Assembly (NCBI GenBank): GCA_951406725.2
Contig: OX597816.1
Coordinates: forward strand, 132,432,001-132,496,000
From: Octopus vulgaris
Taxonomy: Eukaryota
DNA: 64,000 bases
Direction of reading: 5' to 3'
Shown piece by piece: positions 13,946 to 28,091 of this stretch. Positions within the stretch are counted from its first letter, which is position 1, and each line of letters starts with the position of its first letter. The translations under genes were made by a program, and so were the position numbers. The notes under the pieces were generated by a model. It was given only the letters and a program-made list of their open reading frames with translations, was not told the origin of the DNA and did not search any database.

Positions 13946-16218
13946 TATATATATCTTACATATATTAAAATGCATTTTGTTTCACACTTCGGTCACACTG
14001 GTAGAAGGAAACAAAAACAACAGTTGGAGACGCAAAACGAATGTGAACTGTGGTGAGGGATTTTAGTCTTCTTTATCTGGTATTTTAATCAAAATGAAAT
14101 TGCGAATTTTTTATCGTAAATTATATCTATCGTTTCAAACACACACGCCCACACCCACATAAATACACATGAAATTAATGATTAAACTCTTTTCAAAATA
14201 TTGTCGTTCACATAACATCTATAAATTTTATATATATATATATATGGCGTACCAACATAAATGTGTGTCCCCACGTCTTTGTTTCCTCATAACTTTAAGA
14301 AAAATGGATATTTTCTAATGAAATTTTCTACAACTATGCTTGAAATGGTTTATATTCGGAATTTTATATGAAAAATAGAAAACTGACGGGCACGCACACA
14401 TACATGCAGACATGCATTATATCTGCATCTACGAAACGAAACTTGAAATTGCTTTTGAAAAAAATTCTGAAGTATGTCTATAACTATGTGTGCGAGCCGC
14501 CATTTTCCTATTTTTCATATATATTAAAGCCCGATATAATCGTAATCTACACTATCTGAAAGGTAATTATAGAAAATTTTATCAAAAAGTAACCATTTTT
14601 CTGAAAGTTATAAGAAAACAAAGTTGACGGATCTAGTTTTTTTACATTCACAAAATATACATTTTTTAAAAGGAAGTAAAAAATCTCAAAATCGGCTATG
14701 ATAATGTAGCCTTCCAGTCATTGATTTGAAGGTGTAGCGAATGAAATTGGGGCCTTTTAAAGCTAAGGGTAGGCTCCAGAAAAAAACCCAAAAGACTGTG
14801 TCACATAATCTTATTGGAAGGTCCTGATTGGTTGGTTTACACATTGGCGCGAAATAAGTCAAGAGACAAACTGCGCCAATGCCAACCAATCAGAGCAGTG
14901 GACACAACAGGGTCCAAATAGCGGCTAAAAGTTAACTGTTATCTGCTACAACATTATTTGTACTGCATATCTCAGAGAGTGCGGATGTATTCCACCAACT
15001 TGGAGAAAAAATTGGAGAAAAAAGTTACAGAGGTTTAAAAATCGAAAAAACTCCGGATCGGTGTCAACTTTAAGGTTGTACTCTGTGAATTTTTCTTAGT
15101 TTGGCGTCTGACCTGTTCATTAGACCTGTTCATTAGGTTTCTAAATAAACAGAAATACCTAATTTCATTAAAGGTTTCTAAATAAACAGAAATACCTAAT
15201 AAAATCAGCATGTATCATCTTACTGTTTTTTTTTGTCTCTTCACTGATTGTACGTTTTTATCCTTTTTAAAAATTTGTTATATCAGTATATCTGTCTGCC
15301 TGTGTTCACTTTATGTGTACTGCCATGTATTTATGTACATCATTAATATATAAGTACGCGTGCGCGTGTGTGAAAAGAGGCGTCTGTCTCCAAAACTCCA
15401 AAATTGAGTAATGTTTCCATGCTTGGATTTGTAAACTGCGATAAGAATAACACTGGTCAACCGAGAATTTGTCCCAGGGAAAAGAATACCTGTATCCTAT
15501 ATGATTTTGCATGCAGAATTCAAAAATAATGTCAAATTATCTATATCAACCACAGTTTCTCTGTTCTACGATATCCCTCTCAGTTCCTGTTACGTGTGCT
15601 AGGTTTCAGTTAGGCTGTTGAAATGTGAAGCTTAACGGTTTAAGAAAAACTTAATTTAAATTTTTATGAATAGAATTAACCTAGTGAAATCATAAATTCA
15701 CCTATCTGAGTCAATGAGTCCCGAAAATATATGAAATGAAAAATAGGTAAAAATACAAAGTGTGAAAAATCAATATAGACAATAGTGGAACAGACAACAG
15801 TGAATCACAACACAGCGTGCGGTTGTCATGGTAACATGCTGCTAATGCCAAGTTGTCTATTTATTGGCTAAAATTACCCAAATTTCCCAAATTTAATTCC
15901 AAATAACATCAGGTTCTTTAATTTACGAGATAAAATAATTGGTTGATCGTAATCAAAATTCAGAATTGCATCGCTACACCAAAATTGAAGGCAATCTGAG
16001 CAAAATTAAGGTGTGGGGCGGGGTCTCATTTTGCGAATGAGAAAGACTAGATCCAATTTGACTCCTGTTAATTTTCCAGAAAAAACCTGTTAGAACAAAT
16101 TTCGATATAATCAGAATTTACACCATTTGTAGCGTATTTGTAAAAAATTTCATTAAAAAAAAATATCAATTATTCTGAAAGTTACGAGGAAACAAAGTCA
16201 GTCTTGGAGTGGTACACT

Positions 16219-16428
16219 TACGAGGGGGTGCTGAAGAGTTCCTGGCTTTAAAGACGTTTCGATAGGCCTGGTCGGAGGCCAAACGTTATTCTTTTACAGG
16301 GCTTAGAAAAATCGAAAGGCCGCTGCAATAACTGTGAATCTGAGAATATGTTGAATAAAATCATAATTAACTGATCCTCTTGTATATTCTTTTACCCAAA
16401 GCCAGGAACTTTTCAGGACTCTCTTGCA
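16219..16428. mobile_element. Mariner-type MITE
   Basis: TIRs tacgagggggtgctgaagagttcctggcttt / aaagccaggaacttttcaggactctcttgca. Confidence 0.7.
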
Positions 16429-16455
16429 TGTAGGTAGACCATATATGTATGTGTG

Positions 16456-16531
<76 letters not shown>

Positions 16532-16554
16532 GACAGATAGATAGATAGACAGAC

Positions 16555-16634
<80 letters not shown>

Positions 16635-16794
16635 CTCTTTCTTTCGTATTAGTCAGTTTTTCCATGCATGACCTTCCTTAGACTTAGCTTTATTTCTTTT
16701 TCCAAGTAATGGGTAACTTATTTCCGTCTTCAAAACGGAAGGTTGTGGACGTGAATCGTCAAGAATACCGGTTTCAGCTTTCTTAGAAATGTAA

Positions 16795-16825
<31 letters not shown>

Positions 16826-16963
16826 TGCACACACACACACACACACATACGCACACAGACACACTCACACACACACACTCACACACACATAAATGAGCTG
16901 ATGTGCAGGTTGGACAGACGTCTTAGGCAAGTCTCTTCTACAATAGCCTGGAGCCGACCAGAT

Positions 16964-17020
<57 letters not shown>

Positions 17021-17024
<4 letters not shown>

Positions 17025-18031
17025 ACGAGGTGGGACCTCCGATTCGAACTGTTACGGAATCCCTCACACCCAGGCCCGTTCGATGCAGCGAATCTCCGCC
17101 ACGGAAACTCGTCGGAGAGGAGAGAGAGACACAACAACAACAGCAGCAGCAGCACAGAGGCAATCGAGAGAGACACAAAGAGGCAAGGCACAACTGGCTT
17201 ACATTTAACAACTAGTTTATGACAATCAATTGTTACAACATCAAATACATTTCAGATACATTTAAAAGAGGACATGCACGTAACAACTCAATACATCATA
17301 CAGGTATACCACAGATCAAAGCATTTAAACATGCAGATACAATATAACAGTCCGGAGACACAATTCTGTTTCAAAACACATCAACAAGTCATATACAGTT
17401 AAAAGGACATTACAGGCCTAACAGTTCAATGTTCATTATACAATGTTCAAATCACAACACTGTACAAAATGTCTTTACACAATTCACATTGTTCTTGTCA
17501 CTGTCTCATTTCTTTTCACTGTTCAATACATCAATTCCTTGTCCTTCTTTTTCTTCACATATCAATACACAATTCACGTACCTTAATTCCTAATTAGAAT
17601 AGCCAGTGTCCCATATTGTAGTTCCTCTCTCTCAGTACTGCTAGCTCCAACTTGCCAAACTCTTGCCCCGAATTCCCAAATTCTCGCTCCTAAAATCCCA
17701 ACTGCTCGCTTTGACGACCGAATACCGACTGACCAAAAACCTCTTACTCTATCACTACCCTCAATCCCTCTCTTAGCACTTATACTCTCTCTATCCCGCC
17801 TGGTCCTATGTCCCTATCTTCATCGACGCTGTCTCCGTCATTCTCTCACAACAGCTCTCAGATCCCTTAATCTGTCTTCCTCAGCCCTCACATCTCTCTG
17901 ACCCCTAATCAACCGGCACAAGGCCAAAGGTCCCTCCAAAGGCCATTACTCTTCCAGTAAACAAAGGGCTGTAAGCAGGCGCCACTCCCACAAAGTGGGT
18001 CAAGAAATACTGCACTCTCCGAACCATAACA
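17021..18031. mobile_element. Solo LTR inserted in (TA)n
   Basis: TGTTA...TAACA termini, ATATA on both flanks, about 1 kb long, with no coding capacity. Confidence 0.7.
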
Positions 18032-18514
18032 ATATACATGCATGTATACATACGCATACACCAATACGCACACTAATACGGATATGTACGTGCACTCTCA
18101 TACATGCACATATATACGTACATACATACACACACACGCATATACTTACACATATGGTCATGTGTGCATACACACACACATATATATTTACTTATGTAGG
18201 TACATACATTCATACATTGTAAACACATATTTATATAGAGCGTGAAATACAATCTAACACACGCATACATGGATAGAGGGGAAGAAGAGAGGGAGAGAAT
18301 TCACTGAATTATTATTATTATATCACAATGCTAAATTCGGAAAATGCATATTTGTCGCGGTGGGGACATCTCGGTATTACCTTTCATCCTTCGGGGTCGA
18401 TAAATTAAGTACCAGTTACGCACTGGGGTCGATGTAATCGACTTAATACCTATGTCTGTCTTTGTTTGTCCCCTCTATGTTTAGCCCCTTGTGGGTAATA
18501 AAGAAATAGGTATT

Positions 18515-20940
18515 TTCTCAGCATGCTTGTTTACCAGGTTTTCGTTACTTAACAGGGTGCATAAGGCTTCCTCAAGACATTGATCGCATACGCCAGATAG
18601 TGTATTATATGGGTGTGCATATTTTATTTTCCTTCTTTTAATCTCTATATTAGGTTCGCTAGTGATGTTGCGTGTCGCCGGCTTATCTTTCGGAATGAGA
18701 TATGGTTGCGATAATGGACCTTGAATTGGCTTTTGGAGGCTCCTATGTATGAGTATTTGTGTTGTGGTGTGGTGATTGTGCATTTGTATATGATGTTTTT
18801 TGCATGCATTGGTTCCTGAGCGGACATGCAGATTTCTTGCGAAAGCTGCAATTATTCGCGCTATTATTATTTTTGTAGTTATCTGGTGATTTTTTGTTTT
18901 TGTTTCTATGACGTTGGGTATTTTTTGAGTTTTATTTAAAATCTATTATAACTGTCGGGGTCGCTATTTATGTTTTTGTGATCCTTATTGTTTATTTTTG
19001 TTACTATTCCTATACCCTGTGTTGTTTTGATATGTTTGTTCCTTGTCTGGGGTCGTTGTTTGCATGTATATTTTTTTTATTGCATTTGTGTATGTAGTAC
19101 TCCATGTTGTTGGATGTGGCGTACAATACTTTCACTGTGTGCTTGTTGACGATATGACGGGTATTTATGTATTTTAGGGAAGCACTAATCTAACACTGCA
19201 AGGAATTGTTTACCTGTCTTCGATGATATTTGCAATCCGAAAATTGGATTATACCATAGGATCTCGGATTTTTTGTATATTTTGTTTGGTTCCTTTAGCC
19301 TATTTTTGTGTGTTGTTGGCATTTTGTGCGTAGCTTTCGCAATTATTGTTATTCTTTCGGGTTCTGTTTATTTTTCTTATCTTTCCATTGGTTTTTGTGT
19401 TTCTATTATGTGTTTGTTGTTGTCTTCCATGTGTGTTTTCTATTTTAGGTGTGTGGGTGTTAGTATTATTTAGGGCTTCGCTTGATGTGAACTTGATTTT
19501 TTCCTTATACCCTACCCTAGCTAGTGCTTCATTGTAGTAAGGTGAATGAATGTTGAATATTGTCTCGTTGGCTGATAGGTGTGATATTCTGGTGGCTTAG
19601 TTCCTAACTATTCCTTTGGTTATGGATGACTGGACTTTACATTTATGTATCTAAGACTCTCGTTCAGTTTGTTGTATGGTTCGTACATCCCTGTTTCTAA
19701 GTTAAAATTAGCATCTAGGAAATTTACCTTACGGTAATTACTGTCTATGGTTATAGATAGGCCGAAATTTTTAAATAATGTGTGCAGTTTTTTTCTTTGT
19801 CTCTCTATTTCTACCTTGGTACAACTATCTAATACGAAAAGAGCATCGTCTCTGTATAGAACCCCCGCTATTTGTGGTAATGAATACGATATAAATTTGT
19901 GGTAATGAATACGATATAAATTCCTACGATATCCGTGACCTGAGCTGAGTCGCTCCAACTCATTGGTATATCGAAGGAATTCGTTCTATCTGATCTCGTC
20001 CATAGTTTGCTGTCGTAATTAATAACGGTTTCTCGTGACGTCAACACTATGTCTACATCTGGCTTAGATAAGCTAGAGCTTTTCATTGCAAATATGAGTG
20101 CTTTATTGAGTATTAAAGGGTTAATTGTAGAGTGGTAGTTATCTGTATCTACTTGTATAAATTTGGAGTTTTTTGTTTTTTCTATTTTTTAAAACCATGC
20201 TATTACCTCCTGAGTGTCCGACCATAAGGAAAGCCCAATCTTAATTTTGAGTTTGGGCATTATTTTATCTATGATGTTTTTGCTTATACGTCCGATGTCC
20301 GATTTCGATGGACATATTAGTTTGACTTTAGGATCGCAATCGAAGTTATTTTTTTGGTCTTTAAGGTTTATCCTAGGTTTTCTTGGGACATATGGTTCCG
20401 TCCAATCGTTTGTCTCTAGACTTTTTACTATTTCAATTCCTTGTTGCTTATATTAGTTAAGTTTCCAACTCCTATCTTCACCAAGACCAGACCGCTTATC
20501 CTGTCTCTCTCATAAGCTGTCTCCTTAAGCGTTCAGAATAATTTTTCCATCGTCTTGGCTTAACAACCCTCATCGTTTGTTTTTACTGTGTTATTCTCTT
20601 TGTTCTGTCTTTTACTGTTTTTACTTTTATTGTTTTTACTGTCTTGTTTTGTTCTTACTGTCCTGTTCTTGTTATCACTTTTACCCTCCGCAAAAAAATC
20701 CCAAATTTTATTTAATTTGCTTTGCGGGAAGGATTGTTTCAACGAAGTCGCGTCTTGTCCTTACCTTCGGAACGCGGAGTAGACAAAACAGGGACAACTG
20801 AAGAAGGGGAATATTCTTTGTGTTGTATGTCTTGTACTCTGTTTCTTCGTTGTTTGAAAAACAATTCGTTTCCATGTTTTTGTTTTTGTGTTTTCGTTTC
20901 TCATTGTGTTCAACGTTTTTTTATGTCCTGTACCCATATA
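18515..20940 (-). mobile_element. Degenerate Penelope-like retroelement (RT + GIY-YIG) with terminal repeat
   Basis: Frameshifted ORF pieces include FDIPMSWSDSAQVTDIVGIYI, LYRDDAL, VNFLDANFNLETGMYEPYNK...YINVKSSHP, KNIIYKCTIT...YIGASKSQFKVHYRNH and CDQCLEE...LVNK. The 3' end abuts a SINE at 18378-18515. Confidence 0.9.
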
Positions 20941-21733
20941 TGCATGTATATATAATATAGATGTAGGTATTACATATATGTATGCATATATGCATATATT
21001 TATATATAATTTATATTATTATGTGATCGAACGCCACGCATCCTTTTCCAAGTAAGTTTTATATACAAATATATATACGCGTGCGCATTTTACTGTATCC
21101 TTTCTTTGACATCGCGTGATTGTGGCAAGCAGGTGTCACTGTCATGTAAGCTGTGCCCTTGCCCTTTGTTTCCATTCTTTCATGAAAGCATATCTGGGCA
21201 TGGGGAAATATTACCTTTCTTGGAAATAGGTGCGGCTTTGCAACAGGAAGGGCATCCAGCTGTACAATTCCGTTTGATTCATGCAAGCCTACGAAAATAG
21301 ATGTTTCATGTGTGCGCGCGCCTTATGTAGATGCTAACACTTTTACCAATACGTTACTACTGTATCAGATTTTTTAAAGTGCTTCTGTATGTCTATATGC
21401 TTCTGTGTAGGTGCAGATATTTACTCGATTGTTGACATTTATCAATGGTTTCTCCTATAGTTTTGATACCCCATTTTCTATCATTAGTAAAAGAGTCGGC
21501 ATTTTATATAAGGGTATGTTATTAAATACACACACATGTGCGCACACACAAACACACGCACGTATCTGCCTAGCTATGTGTGTGTGTGAGTACGCGTGTA
21601 TAATATATGTTTATGCATTTATATGTATGTATATACTTTTCGTTCACACACACACACAGAATACGCGCGTGCACACACATGCACACACACACGCACACAC
21701 ACACACACACACACATATATAGATCGATCGATC

Positions 21734-21823
<90 letters not shown>

Positions 21824-22054
21824 AATAGTTATGGCTAGGGTTAGCCTGGGTTTCACGTCTATAAAGCGCGCTTAACCTTACGGCGTCTCTTCATATTTCT
21901 GTCATCTGGGCTCCCTCGAAATTGTTGGCCTTGTGCCAAAAGTTGAAACCAACATATTAAAAATTCTTAATATTACCATAATCATATTTCTTATGTTTTA
22001 AGAATACCATATTTTTTATCTTTTATTTTTTTACTTGTGTCAGTCACTGGAGTG

Positions 22055-22420
22055 TACTCCTTCAATATTGTAATCCACCTACTACACATCTTCAAGTATG
22101 CCATTGATTCATTGAGAGAATTTATCTAGAAGCTTCGTGCCGAATGCGAATTGCAATACTTGTCCTTGATTACTTGGGTTCATTTTCCGGGTGGCAGCTC
22201 CAGATGAATCTATAACTAGTTCCATGATGCTTGATTTATGAGTAATCCGGTACATGTGTTATGCAGGGTGCTGCTATGTCATTTGTGTAATGGCCGAGTT
22301 CTTTTATCACTACAGCATGAGTCGTTCCGTCTTACTTGAGTTATTGAAAGGTTGCAGTGGCGAAAGCAAGCGGTCCCTCATCCCCAATTGTTTCAACTGG
22401 ATGGCCGTTGACTCCCTGTC
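22055..22420 (-). pseudogene. Possible LTR-retrotransposon pol fragment
   Basis: Minus-strand peptides GVNGHPVETIG and QFAFGTKLLDKFSQ*INGILEDV resemble the Ty3/gypsy protease-RT junction. The match is weak. Confidence 0.3.
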
Positions 22421-22437
22421 AATATATATGAAGCCAA

Positions 22438-22652
22438 AGGCGGCGAGCCGACGGAATCGTTAGCACGCCGGGCGAAATGCTTAGCGGCATTTCGTCCGTC
22501 TATATGTTCTGATTTCAAATTCCGCCGCGGTCGGCTTTGCCTTTCATCCTTTCGAAGTCAATAAAATAAGCAGCGGTTGAGTACTGGAGTCGATGTAATC
22601 GACTTCACTTCCTCCTCGAAATTGCTGGCCTTGTGCCAAAATTTGAAGCCAA
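22438..22652 (+). mobile_element. tRNA-derived SINE (family B)
   Basis: Reads ggcggcgagc..gaatcgttagcacgccgggcgaaatgcttagc...gcctttcatcctttcg. The same sequence recurs many times in the window. Confidence 0.8.
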
Positions 22653-22719
22653 TATGTGTGTGCGTATGAGTGTGTGCTCGTGTGCGCGCGCGTGTGTGTA
22701 GACAGACAGACAGACAGAC

Positions 22720-22779
<60 letters not shown>

Positions 22780-23828
22780 GAGGTCACATACATACGGAGA
22801 GTGGACTACTGGGCTACCTACCTACCTACCTACCTACATACATACATACATACATACATCACGTGATCACGTGACCGACCAGACCATCAGATGTTACACA
22901 TTGCTGGTCACAATGCGTTCGCATTGTTTTAGCCTTCGAATGACGCCACCCCGCTGTTTTGATTTACTTTCATCTTTGCATGTACGGGGATATGACTTTT
23001 TTCACCACGTATCCAACGCCATAGAACTTTATAAAATGCGAAATGGATCAAGTAATGACACGACAGTGAGACATCTGTACGTCATTGAATTTAAGTAACA
23101 AATGCTTGTCATTCTGATCTCATGGCACTCCAAACTTCATTCATATGGTTATATGATAACATGAATATATATATATGAACGGTTGTGTGTGTGTGTGTGT
23201 GTGTGGCACTCGTTTGTTCTTCATAGTATGTTCCAGTGACAAGCGTTGCAAAATGACTAGCTCTATTTTGATTGCAATTTTTTAATGTCAGAGTATTTTT
23301 CTCCAAGAAGAGCTGCTTTCCCCACGATTTTGTCAGAAATAATGTGAACCTCTTCCACCCTTGAGAAATCTATTTAACATACAGATGAGTCCATGACAGG
23401 TACTAATGTTTTAGGTCAGAACAGAACTGGGAGTAATGGAAATTAAGGGATAACTCCACACTCCCTACAATTCCCGGACTCACCAACTGGGGTTTCATCT
23501 CCGAATGGATCTAATGTGTCGTCCAACGACCCTCACATCGTTAGAAGATATACGAAGGTTCTGCAATTTCTTGCTGAACAACCACACAAATGATTTGTTT
23601 ATAGTGATCAAATGTTTATGCTGTATATAAGCTAACTCCCTCCACCAAATCGACATTACCTGTACAGGTGCGTGACGTGCCACAAGTCAGATGACGAAGA
23701 GATCGCAGAGTTACGTGAAACGAAGTGTTTTACTCAAGAACACAACGCAACGCCTGGTCTGAGAATTGAATCCACGATCTCGCAAACGTGAATGCCATAA
23801 CCTAACCACTAAGCTATGTACCTTCACG

Positions 23829-23861
<33 letters not shown>

Positions 23862-24352
23862 GCACGCACACACGGTTCGTAGATAAAATTAGTTGGAATG
23901 CTGCTTCAGAAAATTTTTTGTGTAAAAGGAAACAAACATAAAAAGATCTGATACTACCAATCTTCTTTATCTATCTATCTATCTATCTATCTATCACACA
24001 CGCACGTACGCACACACATACACATACACAACCGTTCATATGTATGTATATACATGTTGTCATATTACCATATGAATGAAGTTTTGAGTACCATGAATGA
24101 GATCAGAATGACGTGTTCAAGTACGTGTGTTGAGATATTGAAACCTGCGTAAACGTGCTAAAAATAGATGTAATCAAACAAAAGATACATATAATGCATT
24201 AGCAATAAATTTTCCCTAAACGACACACCCATTCATTTTTACAACCACCCTGCCAACACCTCTTCTATCCAGATCAATGTCAATACCACCAGAAATATTT
24301 ATGTTTTAATTTTGTTTTTAATGTATTTAAAATTCTCATAAAGAATTTTAAA

Positions 24353-24559
24353 ATAGAATGGTTGTATACTGTCATTTTAACGTGACAGTAGGGGATTACA
24401 TCACCGCTGTTTAGCCCTAGGAAGCATCGACGCCTCCTGATGGCTTCGACAAAAAAAATGTGTCGAAGCAATCAGGAGGCGTCGATGCTTCCTAGGGCTA
24501 AACAGCGGTGATGTAATCCCCTACTGTCACGTTAAATTGACAGTATACAACCATTCTAT
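24353..24559. repeat. Near-perfect 207-bp palindrome (MITE-like)
   Basis: Arms of about 98 bp (atagaatggttgtatactgtc...gacagtatacaaccattctat) with 2 visible mismatches and a short loop. Confidence 0.92.
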
Positions 24560-26078
24560 CGCCCCACCACCGTACATATCTCTATGAGATATTTAGAAAT
24601 TTAATATTTCTAATTTTAAAATATTTTTTGGTGATATTGATATTAACCTGGATTTAAAAAAATATATATATTTAAAATTCTTGGGTCGATAAAATAAGTA
24701 TCAGTTGAGTATTCGGGTCGATGTAATTGAGTTACTCGGCTCCCTCGAAATTGCTGGCCTCGTGCCAAAAGTTGAAACCAACATATTAAAAATTCTTAAT
24801 ATTACCATAATCCTATTTCTTGTGTTTTAAGATTCGTAGTTTGATATTTTTTATCTTTTATTTTTTTTACTTGTGTCAGTCACTGGACTGCGGCCATGCC
24901 AGCACACTACCTTCAAGGGTTTTGATCGAATAAATGAACCCCAGTACTTATTATTTTTTCAACGTATGGTGCATATTCTACTGGGTTCTTTTGCCGAATC
25001 GCTAAGTTACGTAGACGTTAACAAACCATCATCGACTGTCAAGCGGTGGTGGGAAGCAAACCCAATACAAACACAAACACACACATATAGATATAAACGT
25101 AAATACATACATACACATATACATGCATGTATGCATGCACACACAAACACATACATACATACATACATACATACATACATACATACATACGCACACACAT
25201 GCATACGACGAGCTTCTTTCAGTTTCTGTCAAACAAATCCACTCACAAGGCTTTGGTCGGCTTGGGGTTATAGTAGATGACACTTGACGAAGAACTGAAA
25301 CCAAGACCACATGGCTAGGAAGCAAGCTTCTTACACTCACAAACACACCTGCACCAATAATATACGAAAAATTTTAATTAAATATTTTATCAATGTTATT
25401 ATGAAAACATTTCTCGATATTTTGTAAGGTTCATAAATCATTCTACAGACAAACAGTATATTTGTGTTAAAAATAAAAATAAAAAATGGACCACCTCAAT
25501 AAATCTTTAAAATGTTGCATAGAAAATACATAAATCATTAATTAGCAAATCATCCAATAATGATTAATTGATGAGGTTTATTACACGGGAACAGGTATGG
25601 CTGAGTAGTTCAGAAGCTCTCTTCGCAACTACGTGGCTTCAGGATCAGTCCCATTGCGCGGCATCTTGGTCCCGGCTTTAGCCTTCATAACTGAGACCAA
25701 GGTATAGATCAAGATCTTGACTGTTTAAAATGGAATAGTGAGCATATCTGCAAACTAATCGTAACCCCCTAACCAGGACCGGTGTACCGAATAATGGAAG
25801 GTCATTTTAACTTCTTTTCGGTTCGAGGTATCCATAGAAACTCACAAAATCTCAGATTTAGTCACTGAGCAATTAGACACAAATTTTCTAACAAAGGACA
25901 AAAAAATGATTACATGTGCTTATCTGTTAGCTGACGTCAATTCCAAGTGAAACGTGCTATCGGCTACATTCGTGCGTGAAATGATAAATATGTTAACTGG
26001 AGTATAAATATCGTTAAGACATATCGTTTGACTAGAGAAGGCGCACGGATTTGTAAATGTATTAGTTAAGGTTTTCAT

Positions 26079-26425
26079 GGGCGTGGTTGTGTGGTAAGAA
26101 GTTTGCTTTCCAACCACACGGTTCCGGGTTCAGTTCCATTGCATGGCACTTTGGGCAAGTGTCTTCCACTATAGCCAAGGCCTTGTGAGTGAATTTGGTA
26201 GACGGAAACTGAAAGAAGCCCGTCATATATCTCTGTGTGTGTGTGTGTGAGTGTGTGTGTGCACCATCCCTACACCACTTGATAACTAGCATAGCGGTTC
26301 GGCAAAATATACCGATAGAATAAGTACCAGGCTTTTACTGGGTCAATCCATTCGACTGACAATTTTTCAAGGTGGTTCCTCAGCATAGCTGCAGTCTAAT
26401 GACTGAAACAAGTAAAAGATAAAAG
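26079..26425 (+). mobile_element. SINE family C
   Basis: tRNA-like head, 'gttccgggttcagt' box and an internal (TG)n. Other copies lie at 24860-25350(-), 27110-27250 and 58785-58935. Confidence 0.75.
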
Positions 26426-26689
26426 ATATTAATAGTTGTGCATTTCATATTGTTCTTCAAAATATTAAGCTTTAAAACGTTTTTTTTTTTACTTTCCATA
26501 CAAATTACGACTGTTTTTACTTTCAATACGAAGTGCGCCATAGAGCCAGAATGGTTGAAATCGTGGAGGTTTCGTTTGTGTTTTATCGAAGTTCTTTTTC
26601 TTCAATTTATATATTCAGCTTTAATGGGTGTGCCATGAAGAATGTTATGGAATATTTTTCCCGATCACGAGGTCTTCTTTAGATACAAC

Positions 26690-27075
26690 TATTGTTTCTA
26701 ATTTTGACACCAGCAATTTGAAGGGTGTAGATAAGTCGATTACATCGACCCCATTACTTTCCTGGTATTTTATTTTATCCACCCTGAAAGTATGAAAAGA
26801 AAGGTTGACTTCGATGGCATTTGAACTCAAAACATAAAGAGTCTTTAGATGCAAAAATAATCCTTTCTACCACAGACACAAAGCCTGAAATTTTTTAGCG
26901 GAGGGGGACTAGTTGATTACATCGGCTCCAGTGCTCAACTGGAACTCATTTCATCGACTCCGAAAGGATTAAAAACCAAAGTCGACCTCAGCGGAATTTA
27001 AAATCAGAACGTAGAAACAGACGAAATGCCGCTAAATATTTTGCCTGGCTTGCTTGTCCTGCCAGCTTATCGCCT
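26690..27075 (-). mobile_element. Two tandem family B SINEs
   Basis: Reverse complement of the 22438-22652 sequence, present twice. Confidence 0.7.
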
Positions 27076-28091
27076 TTTTTGATACAATGATAATATAAGT
27101 AAAAGACTATAAATTTCGCTTCCTAACCACATGGTTTTGTGTTCAATGCCAGCGCGTAGCATTTTGGAAAAGTGTCATTTAAGATCGCCTTGGGTCGAAC
27201 TTAGCCTTGTGAGTGAGATTTGGTAGACGGAAACCATATGGAGGCCAGTCAGATGGATTATACTTCAAAGGGTGTAGATGTAACAGTTGGATTCGACCCC
27301 ACGTTTTGCCACATAGAAATCACAAGTCGATCATGTGCGCAAATTTTGTTCGGTCCAATCAACAGCTGTTCACATAATGGTCTGGTGGTATGACTAAAAC
27401 CTTTCGTAAACAGAGCCTACAAATACAGCTCATTTGAGGGTGAAAACTTGAGGGTGATTCCGATCTTTGGTGGTGTTCACCTCTTCATATTCAACCTGAC
27501 AGGATGGAAGTAGAAAACACACTACTGCAACAAGAATATGTATTGATGTACAAAAATTAACCCGAATATTGAATTTCTTTCTTTCCGCACTTGTCATGCA
27601 TGTCGTTTCATCCGAATATTCCTTTTCTTGTATCGCATGAACATTTTCTGTATTGATATAGCAATAAATTATGTTCATTTACGTAAAGCAAACCTTCTCC
27701 CACTTGCTACAATGGTTTGTAATTCAAATGTTCGCCTTGTCACACGCTATGTCACGCTGTTTCTGCCAGAAAATTCAGTCAAAGGAACACGTGTCTGTGG
27801 AATATTCAGCCATTCACACACTAACTCAATGAACAGGCACATCAATTGATCGAACAACTGAACATCCATCGTCGAAGGCGACTGAGATCCATTTATGTCT
27901 ACTTACTTTACATCCAACGTATTTTAAACCTAATTGCATAGATGTGAGAGCCTGAGATAACGAATGTTTTGGCAGAACGTCTAATTCCTGCTTTATTTTT
28001 TTATTTTTACTTGTATTAGTTGTCAATAATTTGAGAAAACAATTAATCTAATTATAAACCTAATGTTTCATCTTGTTTTATTTTTGTTTAG

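Noticed and set aside
15110-15200. Small tandem duplications (also 43141-43186)
   Set aside because: Ordinary slippage or repair duplications.
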